Below, one piece after another: positions 10,089 through 20,287 of a stretch of DNA of 64,000 nucleotides (positions within the stretch are counted from its first letter, which is position 1; each line of letters starts with the position of its first letter). The position numbers and the translations under genes were made by a program. Source of the stretch: an uncultured Acidobacteriaceae bacterium (GTDB lineage: Bacteria; Acidobacteriota; Terriglobia; Terriglobales; Acidobacteriaceae). Location: the NCBI GenBank assembly GCA_963787995.1, contig CAWBEO010000001.1:78337-142336 (forward strand), read 5' to 3'. The notes beneath the pieces are model-generated. The model did not search any database. It was not told the DNA's origin and was given only the letters and a program-made list of their open reading frames with translations.

Positions 10089-12470
10089 ATGCCGTTTCCT
10101 GAGTTGATCAATTACGAGCAGTCTGTCAAAGATTCCGATCAGGACGCATCGTTGCCCGCTGCCGCAAAAGCGTGCAAGCTGCCTCTGCCCACGCGCATTG
10201 CATTCATTGGGAATTATCTCCCGCGCGAGTGTGGCATAGCCACATTCACAACGGATCTGTCGACAGCGCTCGCGGTGGAGTATGGAGAGGAGCGGCTGTT
10301 TGCGATTCCCGTCAATGATCCTGAATCGAGTTATGACTATCCCAAGCGGGTTCGCCTGGAAATCACTCAGGAGGATATATCTTCTTATGAGCGTGCCGCC
10401 GATTTTCTGAATTTCAACGGAAATGATCTCGTCTGCCTGCAGCATGAATATGGAATCTACGGCGGAGATGCGGGAGGCCATATTCTCGCGCTTCTGCGCA
10501 AACTCAAGATGCCCATCGTCACCACACTGCATACTGTACTTCGTGATCCGGATTTTAATCAGAGGATGGTGCTCGAAGAGATCGCTCAGATTTCAGATCG
10601 CATGGTGGTCATGAGCGATCTGGCAGCGGAACTACTGCGCGAAGTCTATGCGGTTCCAGGCGAAAAGATCGATGTGATTCCTCACGGCGTTCCTGATCTT
10701 CCCTTCATGGACCCTAATTATTTCAAGGATAAATTCAGCACAGAAGGCAAGTCCGTTTTGCTAACGTTTGGGTTGCTCTCTCCAAACAAAGGTATCGAAA
10801 ACGTGATTCAGGCACTGCCAGCAATCATCGCGCGGCAGCCCCACGTTGTGTATATCGTCACCGGCGTAACTCATCCGCAACTCCGCCGGCACGAGGGAGA
10901 ATGTTACCGCGAGGGGTTGCAAGCGTTGGCTGAGGAGCTGGGTGTGGCGGATCACTTGATCCTCAACAATCGCTTTGTAAGCGCGGAAGAACTTATTGAG
11001 CATGTGGGCGCGGCCGATATTTACATCACACCGTATCGGCATGAGGCACAGGCTGTTTCCGGCACGCTTGCGATTGCGCTCGGCGCGGGAAAGGCGATTG
11101 TCTCCACTCCCTACTGGCACGCCAAGGAGTTGCTCGCGGAGAGACGTGGTGTCATTGTTCCATTCCAAAATCCAAATGCGATTGCCGAAGCAGTTCTTGC
11201 TTTGCTGGAAAACGATGCCGAGCGTCATGCCATGCGCAAGCGCGCTTATCTTTACTCTCGCGGAACAACGTGGGCGAATACTGCGCGAGCTTACATGGCG
11301 AGTTTTCAGCGGGCACGCTTCGAGCGTTCGCTGCATCCAAGAGCAGCTCAAGCAGATGTGATTGTGATAGAAATGATTGACGATCTTCCATTGTTGAACA
11401 CCGGTCAACTGTTGAAGATGACCGATGGCACGGGAATCTTGCAGCACGCCATCTTTTCAGTGCCGAACACACGTGAGGGCTACACAACGGACGACAATGC
11501 GCGGGCTCTGATCGTGTCCGTTCTTTTGGAGGAAAGCCCCGAATGTTTAGATCGAGAACAATACTCAAACCTTTCTAATCGCTACCTTTCCTTTTTGTGG
11601 CTTGCTATTCATTCAGAGTCCGGAAGGTTTAGAAACTTTCTCGATTACGACCGCAAATGGCTTGAGAAATACGGGTCGGACGATAGTCACGGGCGCGCAT
11701 TGTGGTCGCTTGGAAAGGTGCTTGGGGTTTCACGGAATCCTGGCTTGAGGGGCGCAGCTGGGAGGCTTTTTGAAGCGGCTGTTCCCGCGACTCTCACATT
11801 CACCAGCCCGCGCGCTTGGGCTTATAGCATCCTGGGATTACAGGCTTATCTGGACTGGTTTCCAGGAGACAGAGCCATTCAGGGAGTTCGCAACGAGCTT
11901 GCGAATCGACTTCTGGACATTTACGAGCGCACTCATTCCGAAACATGGAGATGGTATGAGAAAAGTCTTTCTTACTCGAACGCAAGGCTCTCGCAGGCGC
12001 TCATCCTGGCAGGATGGAGAAGCAACAACCATCGGATGATTGGAGCAGGAATGGACTCATTGAAGTGGCTGGTTACTGAGCAGCACCGCGATGACAAGGA
12101 TATTTTTGTTCCAATCGGTTCCAATGGATTCTTTATCGAGGGAAGCGAGAAGGCGCGTTTCGATCAGCAGCCGGTTGAGGCTTGCGCAACGGTTTCTGCT
12201 TGCCTTGAGGTGTACAGGCTGACGGAAGAGAGCCAGTGGCTTAAAGAAGCGCGCAAGGCATTCAGTTGGTTTCTGGGAAGAAACGACTTGCAGGTTCCCC
12301 TGTATGATTCAGTCACAGGCGGATGCAGGGATGGCCTTCATCCTGACCGCGTAAACGAGAACCAGGGCGCTGAGTCCACGCTCTCCTTTCTTATGGCGCT
12401 GCTGGAGATGCAGTCGGCCAAAGTTACAAGTGTTGACGAACTGCATCATGGAATGAGCTTCTCTCTTTGA
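10089..12470 (+). CDS. GT4 glycosyltransferase fused to C-terminal helical (alpha/alpha-barrel-like) domain
   Basis: GNYLPRECGIATFT, LQHEYGIYGG, FGLLSPNKGIE, YTTDDNARAL, NQGAESTL motifs. Confidence 0.9.
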   Translation: MPFPELINYEQSVKDSDQDASLPAAAKACKLPLPTRIAFIGNYLPRECGIATFTTDLSTALAVEYGEERLFAIPVNDPESSYDYPKRVRLEITQEDISSYERAADFLNFNGNDLVCLQHEYGIYGGDAGGHILALLRKLKMPIVTTLHTVLRDPDFNQRMVLEEIAQISDRMVVMSDLAAELLREVYAVPGEKIDVIPHGVPDLPFMDPNYFKDKFSTEGKSVLLTFGLLSPNKGIENVIQALPAIIARQPHVVYIVTGVTHPQLRRHEGECYREGLQALAEELGVADHLILNNRFVSAEELIEHVGAADIYITPYRHEAQAVSGTLAIALGAGKAIVSTPYWHAKELLAERRGVIVPFQNPNAIAEAVLALLENDAERHAMRKRAYLYSRGTTWANTARAYMASFQRARFERSLHPRAAQADVIVIEMIDDLPLLNTGQLLKMTDGTGILQHAIFSVPNTREGYTTDDNARALIVSVLLEESPECLDREQYSNLSNRYLSFLWLAIHSESGRFRNFLDYDRKWLEKYGSDDSHGRALWSLGKVLGVSRNPGLRGAAGRLFEAAVPATLTFTSPRAWAYSILGLQAYLDWFPGDRAIQGVRNELANRLLDIYERTHSETWRWYEKSLSYSNARLSQALILAGWRSNNHRMIGAGMDSLKWLVTEQHRDDKDIFVPIGSNGFFIEGSEKARFDQQPVEACATVSACLEVYRLTEESQWLKEARKAFSWFLGRNDLQVPLYDSVTGGCRDGLHPDRVNENQGAESTLSFLMALLEMQSAKVTSVDELHHGMSFSL

Positions 12471-13495
12471 ATCCCATCAACTCTATAGCCGCAGTGATTG
12501 AGCCCGTCGCTGAGAAAGAACCGAAGCCAGGGGCGTGCACGGAGCATCCCCTCTTTATCCGCCATGCTGGAAATCCGCTCCTCACGCGTGAACACTGGCC
12601 GTATCCCATCAATAGTGTATTGAATGCAGGCGCAGTTCAATTGCCGGATGGAGATACTTTGCTGCTGTGCCGCGTTGAAGACAGAAGCGGATTATCGCAT
12701 CTGTGCGCCGCGCGTTCCGCCAACGGCGTCGACCATTGGCGCATTGATTCCAAGCCAACATTGCTGGCGAATCCACAAGAGTATCCGGAAGAGATTTGGG
12801 GCATCGAAGATCCGCGCATCACGTATGTTCCGGAACTCGCGCAATACGCGGTAGCGTACACATCCTTTGCGCGAGGCGGGCCTGGAGTTTCGCTCGCGCT
12901 GACCAAGGATTTTCGAGGCTTTGAGCGCTTCGGCGTAATCATGCCGCCGGAGGACAAAGACGCTGCATTGCTGCCTCGCAGGATCGGCGGGCGCTGGGCG
13001 CTCATTCATCGCCCGATGACGGCACTGGGCGCTCATATGTGGATCTCCTACTCGCCGGACCTGCGGCATTGGGGAAGCCACAAGATTATTCTTGAGGCGC
13101 GTCGTGGCGGGTGGTGGGATGCAAACAAGATAGGGCTCTGCTCTCCTCCAATTGAAACTGCCAAGGGATGGTTGATGATCTATCACGGCGTGCGGCAAAC
13201 AGCATCGGGGAGTATTTATCGGCTCGGCGTTGCCCTCTTCGATTTGGAAAAGCCGGAGATCTGTCTGCAACGCGGAAACTCATGGATCTTCGGACCTGAA
13301 GCTCCTTATGAACGGAACGGCGATGTAAATGATGTTGTTTTCCCTTGCGGACAAACCATCGGAGCCGATGGAGACACGATCAACTTGTATTATGGCGCGG
13401 CAGATTCCTGCATCGCTTTGGCCACGGGCAGTATCCTCCGCCTTCTCTCCTGGCTGGACGCGAATGGAAGTCACATGGAGAAGCGCGCATTTTAG
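12467..13495 (+). CDS. GH130-family glycosidase/mannoside phosphorylase
   Basis: NPLL, NAGA, WGIEDPRIT, EDKDAAL, HRP, VVFPCG, YYGAAD; start overlaps upstream stop. Confidence 0.9.
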   Translation: MNPINSIAAVIEPVAEKEPKPGACTEHPLFIRHAGNPLLTREHWPYPINSVLNAGAVQLPDGDTLLLCRVEDRSGLSHLCAARSANGVDHWRIDSKPTLLANPQEYPEEIWGIEDPRITYVPELAQYAVAYTSFARGGPGVSLALTKDFRGFERFGVIMPPEDKDAALLPRRIGGRWALIHRPMTALGAHMWISYSPDLRHWGSHKIILEARRGGWWDANKIGLCSPPIETAKGWLMIYHGVRQTASGSIYRLGVALFDLEKPEICLQRGNSWIFGPEAPYERNGDVNDVVFPCGQTIGADGDTINLYYGAADSCIALATGSILRLLSWLDANGSHMEKRAF

Positions 13496-13529
13496 TGAAC
13501 GCAACAGGATGTTCGAAAGGGTCGATCCC

Positions 13530-13739
13530 ATGAGTCATTCAAACACGAGCTGGCCCGATTGGCTGCCGCATCCATTGTGTATTCGGACGTGTCCCCGGTG
13601 CGATTCGATGAAATTCAAGCCGGCGGAATTGCGTTTCTTCGATGGATTGTTGGCGTTCTTCGCAATGCGCCCCGTTCGCTGCATGTTTTGTTGGCGAAGA
13701 TACTATTGGTTTACGTTGCGCGCCGTGAATGCGGACTAA
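13530..13739 (+). CDS. Small Cys-rich (CPRC/CMFC) zinc-ribbon-like protein
   Basis: 69 aa from ATG 13530 with purine-rich RBS; two CxxC motifs. Confidence 0.55.
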   Translation: MSHSNTSWPDWLPHPLCIRTCPRCDSMKFKPAELRFFDGLLAFFAMRPVRCMFCWRRYYWFTLRAVNAD

Positions 13740-13769
13740 ATCAATTACTGAACCGATGGGCAGACTTGC

Positions 13770-14465
13770 ATGAGTATCTTCGTTCAATCACCGGCTCAAA
13801 CTTCCGCGCCAGCTCCGCATACGGGATTGGCGCCACACTGGCTTACGCACCTGGGAGCGCTGGGACTCTTCTCTGTTGCGGTGATCGATTCGTCAGTCAT
13901 TCCTTTGCCTCTGCCCGGCAGCACTGACCTGCTGTTATTGTGGCTGGTGGCGCATGGCGGCGATCCTTGGCTGCTGGCACCCTGCGCCATTGCAGGCAGC
14001 CTTTTGGGTGGATACACCACCTGGCAGATTGGCCGCAGAGGCGGCGAAGAGGCGCTGCGTCAGTACGTGCCTGCGCGCCTTCTTGGGCGCATCGTCGGAT
14101 GGGTTGAACGTCACCCTGTTCTAGCGGTCTTTGTTCCCGCTTTGCTTCCACCGCCGATTCCGCTTTTGCCGTTTGCGCTCGCATCCGGCGCGCTAGGTGT
14201 CTCGCGCAGGCGTTTTCTTGCGGTCTTCGGCACAGCTCGCAGCCTGCGTTACTCCTTCATTGCGTGGCTCGGCGTTGCTTATGGGCGCAGCATTGTCCGC
14301 CTGTGGTCCGGGAGCCTTCAAAAGTGGTCCACTCCGCTGCTATGCGTGTTTATCTTTTTTCTGACTGCCGGCCTGTGTTTCGGGATGTGGAAGATTCACG
14401 GGCTGCGCAAGATCGATGCAGCGGAGAAACTAACGCGGCCTAACAGGTATACCTGCGCCAAATGA
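13770..14465 (+). CDS. YqaA/DedA (VTT-domain) membrane protein
   Basis: VIDSSVIPLPLPGSTD, GSLLGG, ALLPPPIP, RSLRY pattern. Confidence 0.85.
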   Translation: MSIFVQSPAQTSAPAPHTGLAPHWLTHLGALGLFSVAVIDSSVIPLPLPGSTDLLLLWLVAHGGDPWLLAPCAIAGSLLGGYTTWQIGRRGGEEALRQYVPARLLGRIVGWVERHPVLAVFVPALLPPPIPLLPFALASGALGVSRRRFLAVFGTARSLRYSFIAWLGVAYGRSIVRLWSGSLQKWSTPLLCVFIFFLTAGLCFGMWKIHGLRKIDAAEKLTRPNRYTCAK

Positions 14466-14713
14466 TCGCGCCCGATTCGATCCGCACAAATCTGTTTGGT
14501 ATTGTCATCATGCATAACGAGGACAAAATGATGGCCGGGAAGATGATCCCCAGCCATTCACATTTCACGGAAGAATCAAGACGGTGGGAAGATGATCCCG
14601 CTATCTCCGTCCGGTGCCCGATGAGCGAGCCTGAGGCTGGCGCGATTGCAACGACTGCTGCTGCGCCGCATGCCGTTGCGGCACCATGCGTGAATGTTGC
14701 AAGAAGGTGCGTT

Positions 14714-16033
14714 CTACACAACAAACATCGCAACGCCTGCCGCAAACATGGCTGCTGTGGTGAGCGCGACGACAATCCAACCAAGGCAGGAACTTGGCTG
14801 CCCCTGCATCAGTCTCTTGTCGGCAGCAACAATAAGGATTGCAACGAGAAGGAAAGGCGCCAGCAACCCATTGATGACTGCTGTCCAATAGAGAGCCTTT
14901 ACCGGGTTGATGCCGGTAAAGTCCAGGCCCACGCCGACTCCGGTTGAAACTAGAATGAGAGCGTAAAACCAGCGCGCCTGCCTCAGTTTCTTATTCAGTC
15001 CTTGGCGCCAGCCCAAGGTTTCAGCAAAAGCATATGCAGTCGATCCGGCTAAAGTGGGGATAGCGAGTAAGCCTACGCCGACAATCCCCAGCGTAAACAA
15101 GGTGGCAGCGAAATTACCGGCCAGAGGGCGCAGGGCATCGGCTGCCTGACGAGAGGTTTCAATCTGCGTAATGCCGTGCCGGTTCAGGGTAACGGCCGTG
15201 GTCAGAATGATGAAGAACATGACCATATTGGAGAAGAATGCGCCGACGCCTACATCGATATTTCTCAGTTCAAGCTCTTGGGGCGTCGCGCCACGGCGCT
15301 TTGTAAGCGTACTCTGACCGGCTGACTTCTCTTCTTCAACTTCCTCACTCGCCTGCCAGAAGAACAAGTACGGGCTGATGGTAGTGCCAAGAATCGCCAC
15401 CAGCATCGACCATTCCTCTCGGCTGTGCGGCAATGAGGGAACGAGTGTGGCGCGCAGCACGTGGCCCCAATCGGCTCCCACAACGAACGCGGTAATGGGA
15501 TAGGCGAAGAGTACAAGGACCAGCCACTTGAGAACGCTCGCAATCTGGTTATAGTGGAACCAGACCGTTGCCCAGCATATAGAAATCGCAAAGACAATGA
15601 CGAACCAATGTGAGTTGATCCCCGACAGCATGGCTGCCGCATCTGCCATGCCGGCCAGATCTGCGCCAATGTTGATCGTGTTTGCGGCCAGAAGAGCAAC
15701 CACAAAGGAGAGCAGAAGCCACCGTGGAAATCGCTGCTTGAAGTTACCGGCCAGGCCCTGCCCGGTCACCTTGCCGATGCGGGCGCACATCATTTGCACA
15801 GCGGCCATCAGAGGCCAGGTAATGAGTGCGGTCCACAGGAGCCTGGTTCCGAACTGCGCGCCGGCAACGGAATAGGTGGCAATGCCCGATGGGTCATCGT
15901 CCGCGGCCCCGGTGATGACGCCGGGGCCGAGCGATCTCAACAGTCTTCGAAACCATTCAGATAGTGACGAAGCAACTAACGGTCTTTGTTCCCGCTTGTC
16001 GAGGCTGTGGCGCTTCAAAGTTCCTACTAACAA
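14714..16033 (-). CDS. NRAMP-family divalent metal transporter
   Basis: LGPGVITGAADDDPSGIATYS, ILGTTISPYLFFWQ motifs; many TM helices; exact start uncertain. Confidence 0.92.
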   Translation of the reverse strand: MLVGTLKRHSLDKREQRPLVASSLSEWFRRLLRSLGPGVITGAADDDPSGIATYSVAGAQFGTRLLWTALITWPLMAAVQMMCARIGKVTGQGLAGNFKQRFPRWLLLSFVVALLAANTINIGADLAGMADAAAMLSGINSHWFVIVFAISICWATVWFHYNQIASVLKWLVLVLFAYPITAFVVGADWGHVLRATLVPSLPHSREEWSMLVAILGTTISPYLFFWQASEEVEEEKSAGQSTLTKRRGATPQELELRNIDVGVGAFFSNMVMFFIILTTAVTLNRHGITQIETSRQAADALRPLAGNFAATLFTLGIVGVGLLAIPTLAGSTAYAFAETLGWRQGLNKKLRQARWFYALILVSTGVGVGLDFTGINPVKALYWTAVINGLLAPFLLVAILIVAADKRLMQGQPSSCLGWIVVALTTAAMFAAGVAMFVV

Positions 16034-16284
16034 TTCTTGCTATCAACATTCGCGGTTGAATCCTTCATGCCCAATTTCACGTGAGCGTCTAGATGCACTT
16101 CAGTGTTTTCAAGGGCCTCCTGAACCGCCTCTTTAGCCTTGCCCCAGGCGCCTTCGGCCTTGCCCTTTACCTGCTGAAGCGCGCCTTCAGCCTGGAGCCT
16201 TTGATTGCCGGTCAACTCGCCCGCCTTGCGCTTGGCGCTTCCGGCCACTTCGTCGATGATGCCTTTCACACGATCTTGATTCAC
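16027..16284 (-). CDS. csbD: CsbD-family general stress protein
   Basis: MNQDRVKG...GSAKRKAGELTGNQRLQAEG...QVKGKA. Confidence 0.85.
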   Translation of the reverse strand: MNQDRVKGIIDEVAGSAKRKAGELTGNQRLQAEGALQQVKGKAEGAWGKAKEAVQEALENTEVHLDAHVKLGMKDSTANVDSKNC

Positions 16285-16494
16285 GGGTCCACCTCCATGG
16301 ATTGAATGCTTGCTTGTTCATTAGTGTGAGGCGCTGAAATGTTGTTCAAGCGCCTCAACCAAATGGAAAGCCGCGGTTGGCTCTGATGATTTGCCCCAAC
16401 GTGATTCATAGTAACGAGTCATTTCCTCATGGTCTGAGCTATTGAGACCACGAGCAAGTGTTTGAAAGACGGGACAATTTTATTGCAGGCTGGC

Positions 16495-17004
16495 CTAATC
16501 GGTATTACGCGCAGTCAGCATTTGCTTGATCATGGGCATACTACTGCCGAAATCCGGATACAGCGCATTGGCATCAAGCGAATATCGCCTCTTCCGGGGA
16601 GTAATGGAAGAAGGCGCAAATTCATCGGAGACGGCAAGAACGGCACCCTGCTGGATGCGATACTGACAGACTCTCAGTCGCGCCAGAAAGAACCATGGAT
16701 ACTGGGACAACTCGATGTATACAACTTCGACCGCATTGAAGTACGCGCTCATGCGGAGTAGAGCCAATCTAAGCGCGCTGGAAATAGCATCCTGCGAAGT
16801 CTCCCCCACGCCGCTTGCCTGCACACCTTCCGCAATCTTGATGAAGTTCCACTCTCGCGCGCAGATCTTTTTCTCCAACTGCCGTGCATTGTCAGCTGGT
16901 GCAAAGTTCCATCCCTCGCGAAATGCGTCGGTGGCAATTCTGAGGCTGGCGGGAAGCTCAACGCGCTCGCGTAATAACATATTCTGTGTCGTGATGGCTT
17001 GCAT
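16495..17004 (-). CDS. Hypothetical protein
   Basis: 169-aa ORF with GAGAGA RBS, co-directional with neighbours. Confidence 0.6.
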   Translation of the reverse strand: MQAITTQNMLLRERVELPASLRIATDAFREGWNFAPADNARQLEKKICAREWNFIKIAEGVQASGVGETSQDAISSALRLALLRMSAYFNAVEVVYIELSQYPWFFLARLRVCQYRIQQGAVLAVSDEFAPSSITPRKRRYSLDANALYPDFGSSMPMIKQMLTARNTD

Positions 17005-17028
17005 GATTCTCTCTTTCTCTGGAAGATT

Positions 17029-17303
17029 TCAGTTACCGCAATTAGACGCGCTCAGCTGAAAAGGCATTGCCGGCGCAACCCTTCGCTGAAATGCCTGCAT
17101 AGGCGCCTGGCCCGCAACTGGCACGATTGCGTAGTGAATCGTACTGTAACAATAGATGCAATCTGTCTTGCGCAGCCGGTAGCCGGTATCGAGGGTGCAG
17201 CCGACCGCACGCTGTAGCCCATTTCGGCGAGTGATTGTGAAAGCGCAAGCCTGATGGAAGGCTCATCATCGGCAATCAGTAATGTTGCTTTCGTATTTGG
17301 CAT
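17029..17303 (-). pseudogene. Response regulator pseudogene (internal deletion plus frameshift)
   Basis: N-terminus LLIADDEPSIRLALSQSLAEMGYSVRSA breaks off before the phospho-Asp; a shifted frame gives TDCIYCYSTIHYAIV...stop 17029. Confidence 0.7.
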
Positions 17304-17363
17304 TCTTGCCCCTCCAATTGACTGTTTGGGAGAATTGGAGCCAGTATTTCAATGATGGAATGG

Positions 17364-18128
17364 TTAATCTGTCCTATTTAGGACAGTGCGTGATTGGAAA
17401 CGTCGGACCCGCTTTTCGCGTTCCGCGACCAATTCCGCGATCTCCGGCTTTTCGGCGTTATCACCCGGCATCTGATCGTGCAGGATCACATTCAGCAGGG
17501 ATTTATGCACGCGAATGCGGTCTTTGTAATCAATAAACCCCATATCCCGAAAGCGATTCATGAAGAAGCTCACCCGCGACCGCGTAGTCCCAATCATCTC
17601 CGCCAAAGTCTCCTGCGTGATAGGGGGAATCAAGGTCTCCGGTTCTCCCGGCTGGCCAAACTCCGCCATCAGCAGCAGAATTCGAGCCAGACGTTTTTCG
17701 CTGGAGTTGAAGAGTTGGTCGACCAGATCGGCCTGCGTGCGCATGCTGCGCATCAGCAGAAATTTCATGAACATGTCAGAAAACTCCGGTTCCGCATGCA
17801 TCACGCGGGCCATCTCTTCCCGCGTTATTTTCAGCGCGCTGCATGCAGTGAGAGCCGTGGCCGTGGATAAACGCATCCCTGGCACGGCCGCAAGCGCTCC
17901 CTCGCCTACAAACTCGCCCGCATTGACCAGCGTGATGGTGGCTTCCTTGCCGGCCGCCGAAACGACCGTAACCCGGGCGCGGCCTCTTTGGAGATAGAAG
18001 ACAGAGTCAGCTGGATCGCCCTGGCAAAAGAAGGAATCACGAGCTTCTAGTTGAACGATTCTGCGCCCCAGGCCCGCGTTAGCCAGAAAAGCAGCGGCAT
18101 CGAAGGGGATTGGGGTTGAATGAATCAT
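17364..18128 (-). CDS. Crp/Fnr-family transcriptional regulator
   Basis: cNMP domain (GEFVGE), HTH TQETLAEMIGTTRSRVSFFMNRF. Confidence 0.95.
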   Translation of the reverse strand: MIHSTPIPFDAAAFLANAGLGRRIVQLEARDSFFCQGDPADSVFYLQRGRARVTVVSAAGKEATITLVNAGEFVGEGALAAVPGMRLSTATALTACSALKITREEMARVMHAEPEFSDMFMKFLLMRSMRTQADLVDQLFNSSEKRLARILLLMAEFGQPGEPETLIPPITQETLAEMIGTTRSRVSFFMNRFRDMGFIDYKDRIRVHKSLLNVILHDQMPGDNAEKPEIAELVAEREKRVRRFQSRTVLNRTD

Positions 18129-18544
18129 GGCATGGTCTCATTTCGGAAGCGGTTATGAAGCGCGAACTGCTGCTGGATGCGCAACTGAGCAACTTTGCGA
18201 TCAGATGCAGTTGCGCCGGCGAAGGCAGATTCGCTGGCAAACATCAGGACCCTTGAGAACCGAGCAGGTAGATCCGAGGTAGGGACAAAACATAACAACA
18301 GCAGCGTTCGCCCCATCGACACTTATAGAAATCATAGCTGGAGGCGGAGTTGGGCGGTCTGTTCAATTTTGCTCACACCCGCCGAATAGTTTTTTGCGTT
18401 TGCAATCGGATTCGGGGTGCTCTTCCTCCCTGAGCGTTCTTGCTCAGACGGAGTTCTGTGTTGCCGCTAGTGTGGGAGCTACCTAGTGCGCCTCAGTGCG
18501 CGGAAAGAAAGTGACGCTGCGCATGGGTAGAAAAGGTGGTATTC

Positions 18545-19234
18545 ATGAAGAAACTGATGACGATTGCGGCAGTACTCAGCATAACAAGTGTTTGCTGGGC
18601 GGGAACCGGTCGTGAAGCAACAGTTGACCGGTTGGATCATGCGGGCGCGGTGCTGCGCGAGATCATGGCGGCGCCGGATCGCGGCATTCCGGAAGAAGTT
18701 CTGGAACACGCGAAGTGCATCGCTGTCGTGCCTCATATGATCAAGGGCGGCTTTGTCTTTGGCGCGGAGAATGGCCGCGGTGTAGCTACTTGCCGCACGG
18801 AGAACGGCTGGAGCGCGCCGTCCTTCTTTACCATCACCGGCGGTAGCTGGGGATTGCAGATCGGCGTCGAAGGCGTTGACCTGGTTATGATTATTCAGGG
18901 CGACAAAGGATTTCAGCGCTTGATCGATAGCAAATTCCAGATTGGCGGGGACGCCTCCGCGGCCGCCGGACCGGTGGGACGCCATGCTACAGCCGACACC
19001 GACTGGAAGCTGAATACTGAGATTCTCACTTACTCGCGGGCCAGAGGCTTGTTCGCCGGACTGACTTTGACCGGCGCGGATGTTCGCCGCGACGACGATT
19101 CCACCGAAGCTATTTACGGCCATGAAATCTCCACGCGCCGCATTCTGCGCGGAGACATTGCTGTGCCAGCCGCGGCTCATGCGTTCCTTGATGCTGTCAG
19201 GGATGCGAGGGCGCAAGCCATCGCCTCCAAGTAA
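18545..19234 (+). CDS. SYLF/YSC84-like lipid-binding protein
   Basis: Signal peptide; GIPEEVLEHAKCIAVVP, KGGFVFG, GGSWGLQIG, YSRARGLFAG. Confidence 0.9.
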   Translation: MKKLMTIAAVLSITSVCWAGTGREATVDRLDHAGAVLREIMAAPDRGIPEEVLEHAKCIAVVPHMIKGGFVFGAENGRGVATCRTENGWSAPSFFTITGGSWGLQIGVEGVDLVMIIQGDKGFQRLIDSKFQIGGDASAAAGPVGRHATADTDWKLNTEILTYSRARGLFAGLTLTGADVRRDDDSTEAIYGHEISTRRILRGDIAVPAAAHAFLDAVRDARAQAIASK

Positions 19235-19314
19235 CATTCAACGGTAAGATGCGTTTGGGAAGCCGGAGAATGATCGCAGTTCTCCGGCTTCCGCAACGCG
19301 AAGAAGGAGCTATC

Positions 19315-19464
19315 ATGCTTTGGACAATCTTTGTCATCATTCTCGTGTTGTGGCTTTTGGGTTTCAGCTTCCATATCGCCGGCGGCCTGATTCACCTTCT
19401 GCTGGTTGTAGCCCTCATTGTCCTGGTCATCAACCTGATCTCCGGGCGGCGCAGTAGTCTCTAA
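19315..19464 (+). CDS. lmo0937-family small membrane protein
   Basis: MLWTIFVIILVLWLLGFSFHIAGGLIHLLLVVALIV; AAGGAG RBS. Confidence 0.85.
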   Translation: MLWTIFVIILVLWLLGFSFHIAGGLIHLLLVVALIVLVINLISGRRSSL

Positions 19465-19689
19465 GGAAACAGAACTGAAAAGTTAACCAGAACCTCAGAC
19501 CGTGGCGATACAATCACTGCATTTTGCTGGGCTTTGCAAGAGTGCAGGTGTGTTGCTTTTCGCCACGGACTCGCTGGTTCCACCTTCAGTGTGCGCATCA
19601 GCCGAAGGGTCCGATAGAACTTGATCTCTACTGACTTCTGTTGGAATCTGGCAAGTTGTTCAAACACGTTTATTATGAGATCAATGCGC

Positions 19690-19846
19690 TCATCCAGCGA
19701 TGCTGCAACCACAGATCGAACCCGTTGATCCTTCACATCCATCGTTTTCCATGGCATCGCCTCTATCCCTCCGCGCAAGCTTGCGCTTGCGCGGAAGTGT
19801 AAAGCATCTCAGAGACAATGTGTAAAGGATGTCATGGAACTGAACA
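19690..19846 (-). mobile_element. IS481-family remnant: left end plus first ~20 transposase codons
   Basis: Minus strand from 19846 reads TGTTCAGTTCCATGACATCCTTTACAC with a second TTTACAC, then ATG 19757 MPWKTMDVKDQRVR; no integrase core; 3' limit approximate. Confidence 0.7.
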
Positions 19847-19878
19847 AATCGAGATGTGGGCCACCCGCCGTCAAACTA

Positions 19879-20268
19879 TCAATAAATACCGTTAAGCTGC
19901 CGATGGTACGTTGGCATATATGACATCGGCGGCTGCATCGCTTTTTCATAACTTACAATAAAAAAAGTGGATGCAAGCAAAGCGGATATGAGAACGAGTC
20001 GCATCCTGGGGGACATTTTCGGCAGCTTCCAGCCGAGGAGAAACATAGCCGCCGAAACGGCAATTGGCCAAACAAACACTCCAACAATGGACAGGTGCGG
20101 GTACTTAAAAATGCCAACTGTTTCGTCGATCATCCATATGCCAAAACCGCATACGATGTCCCAAAAAAGGTTCAGGATATGACCGCCTGGAAATGGAACA
20201 TACGGTAGAATCACGCCCAGAAAAAGTGGCGAGAGACAAAACCACAGAGATACAAGAGTCCTTCGCAT
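19879..20268 (-). CDS. Orphan putative immunity protein (membrane, 129 aa)
   Basis: GAGGAGG RBS before ATG 20268; AT-rich; several hydrophobic helices; occupies the immunity slot of a cassette. Confidence 0.7.
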   Translation of the reverse strand: MRRTLVSLWFCLSPLFLGVILPYVPFPGGHILNLFWDIVCGFGIWMIDETVGIFKYPHLSIVGVFVWPIAVSAAMFLLGWKLPKMSPRMRLVLISALLASTFFIVSYEKAMQPPMSYMPTYHRQLNGIY

Positions 20269-20287
20269 TCCATCCTCCTCTGAAAAA

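Noticed and set aside
14462-14947. 161-aa plus-strand ORF after the DedA gene
   Set aside because: Overlaps the NRAMP 3' end antisense and has no protein-like features
600-19300. Crp/Fnr boxes or an ECF-type promoter shared by the stress cluster
   Set aside because: No convincing TGTGA-N6-TCACA, TTGAT-N4-ATCAA or GGAAC-N16/17-CGTT match found by eye
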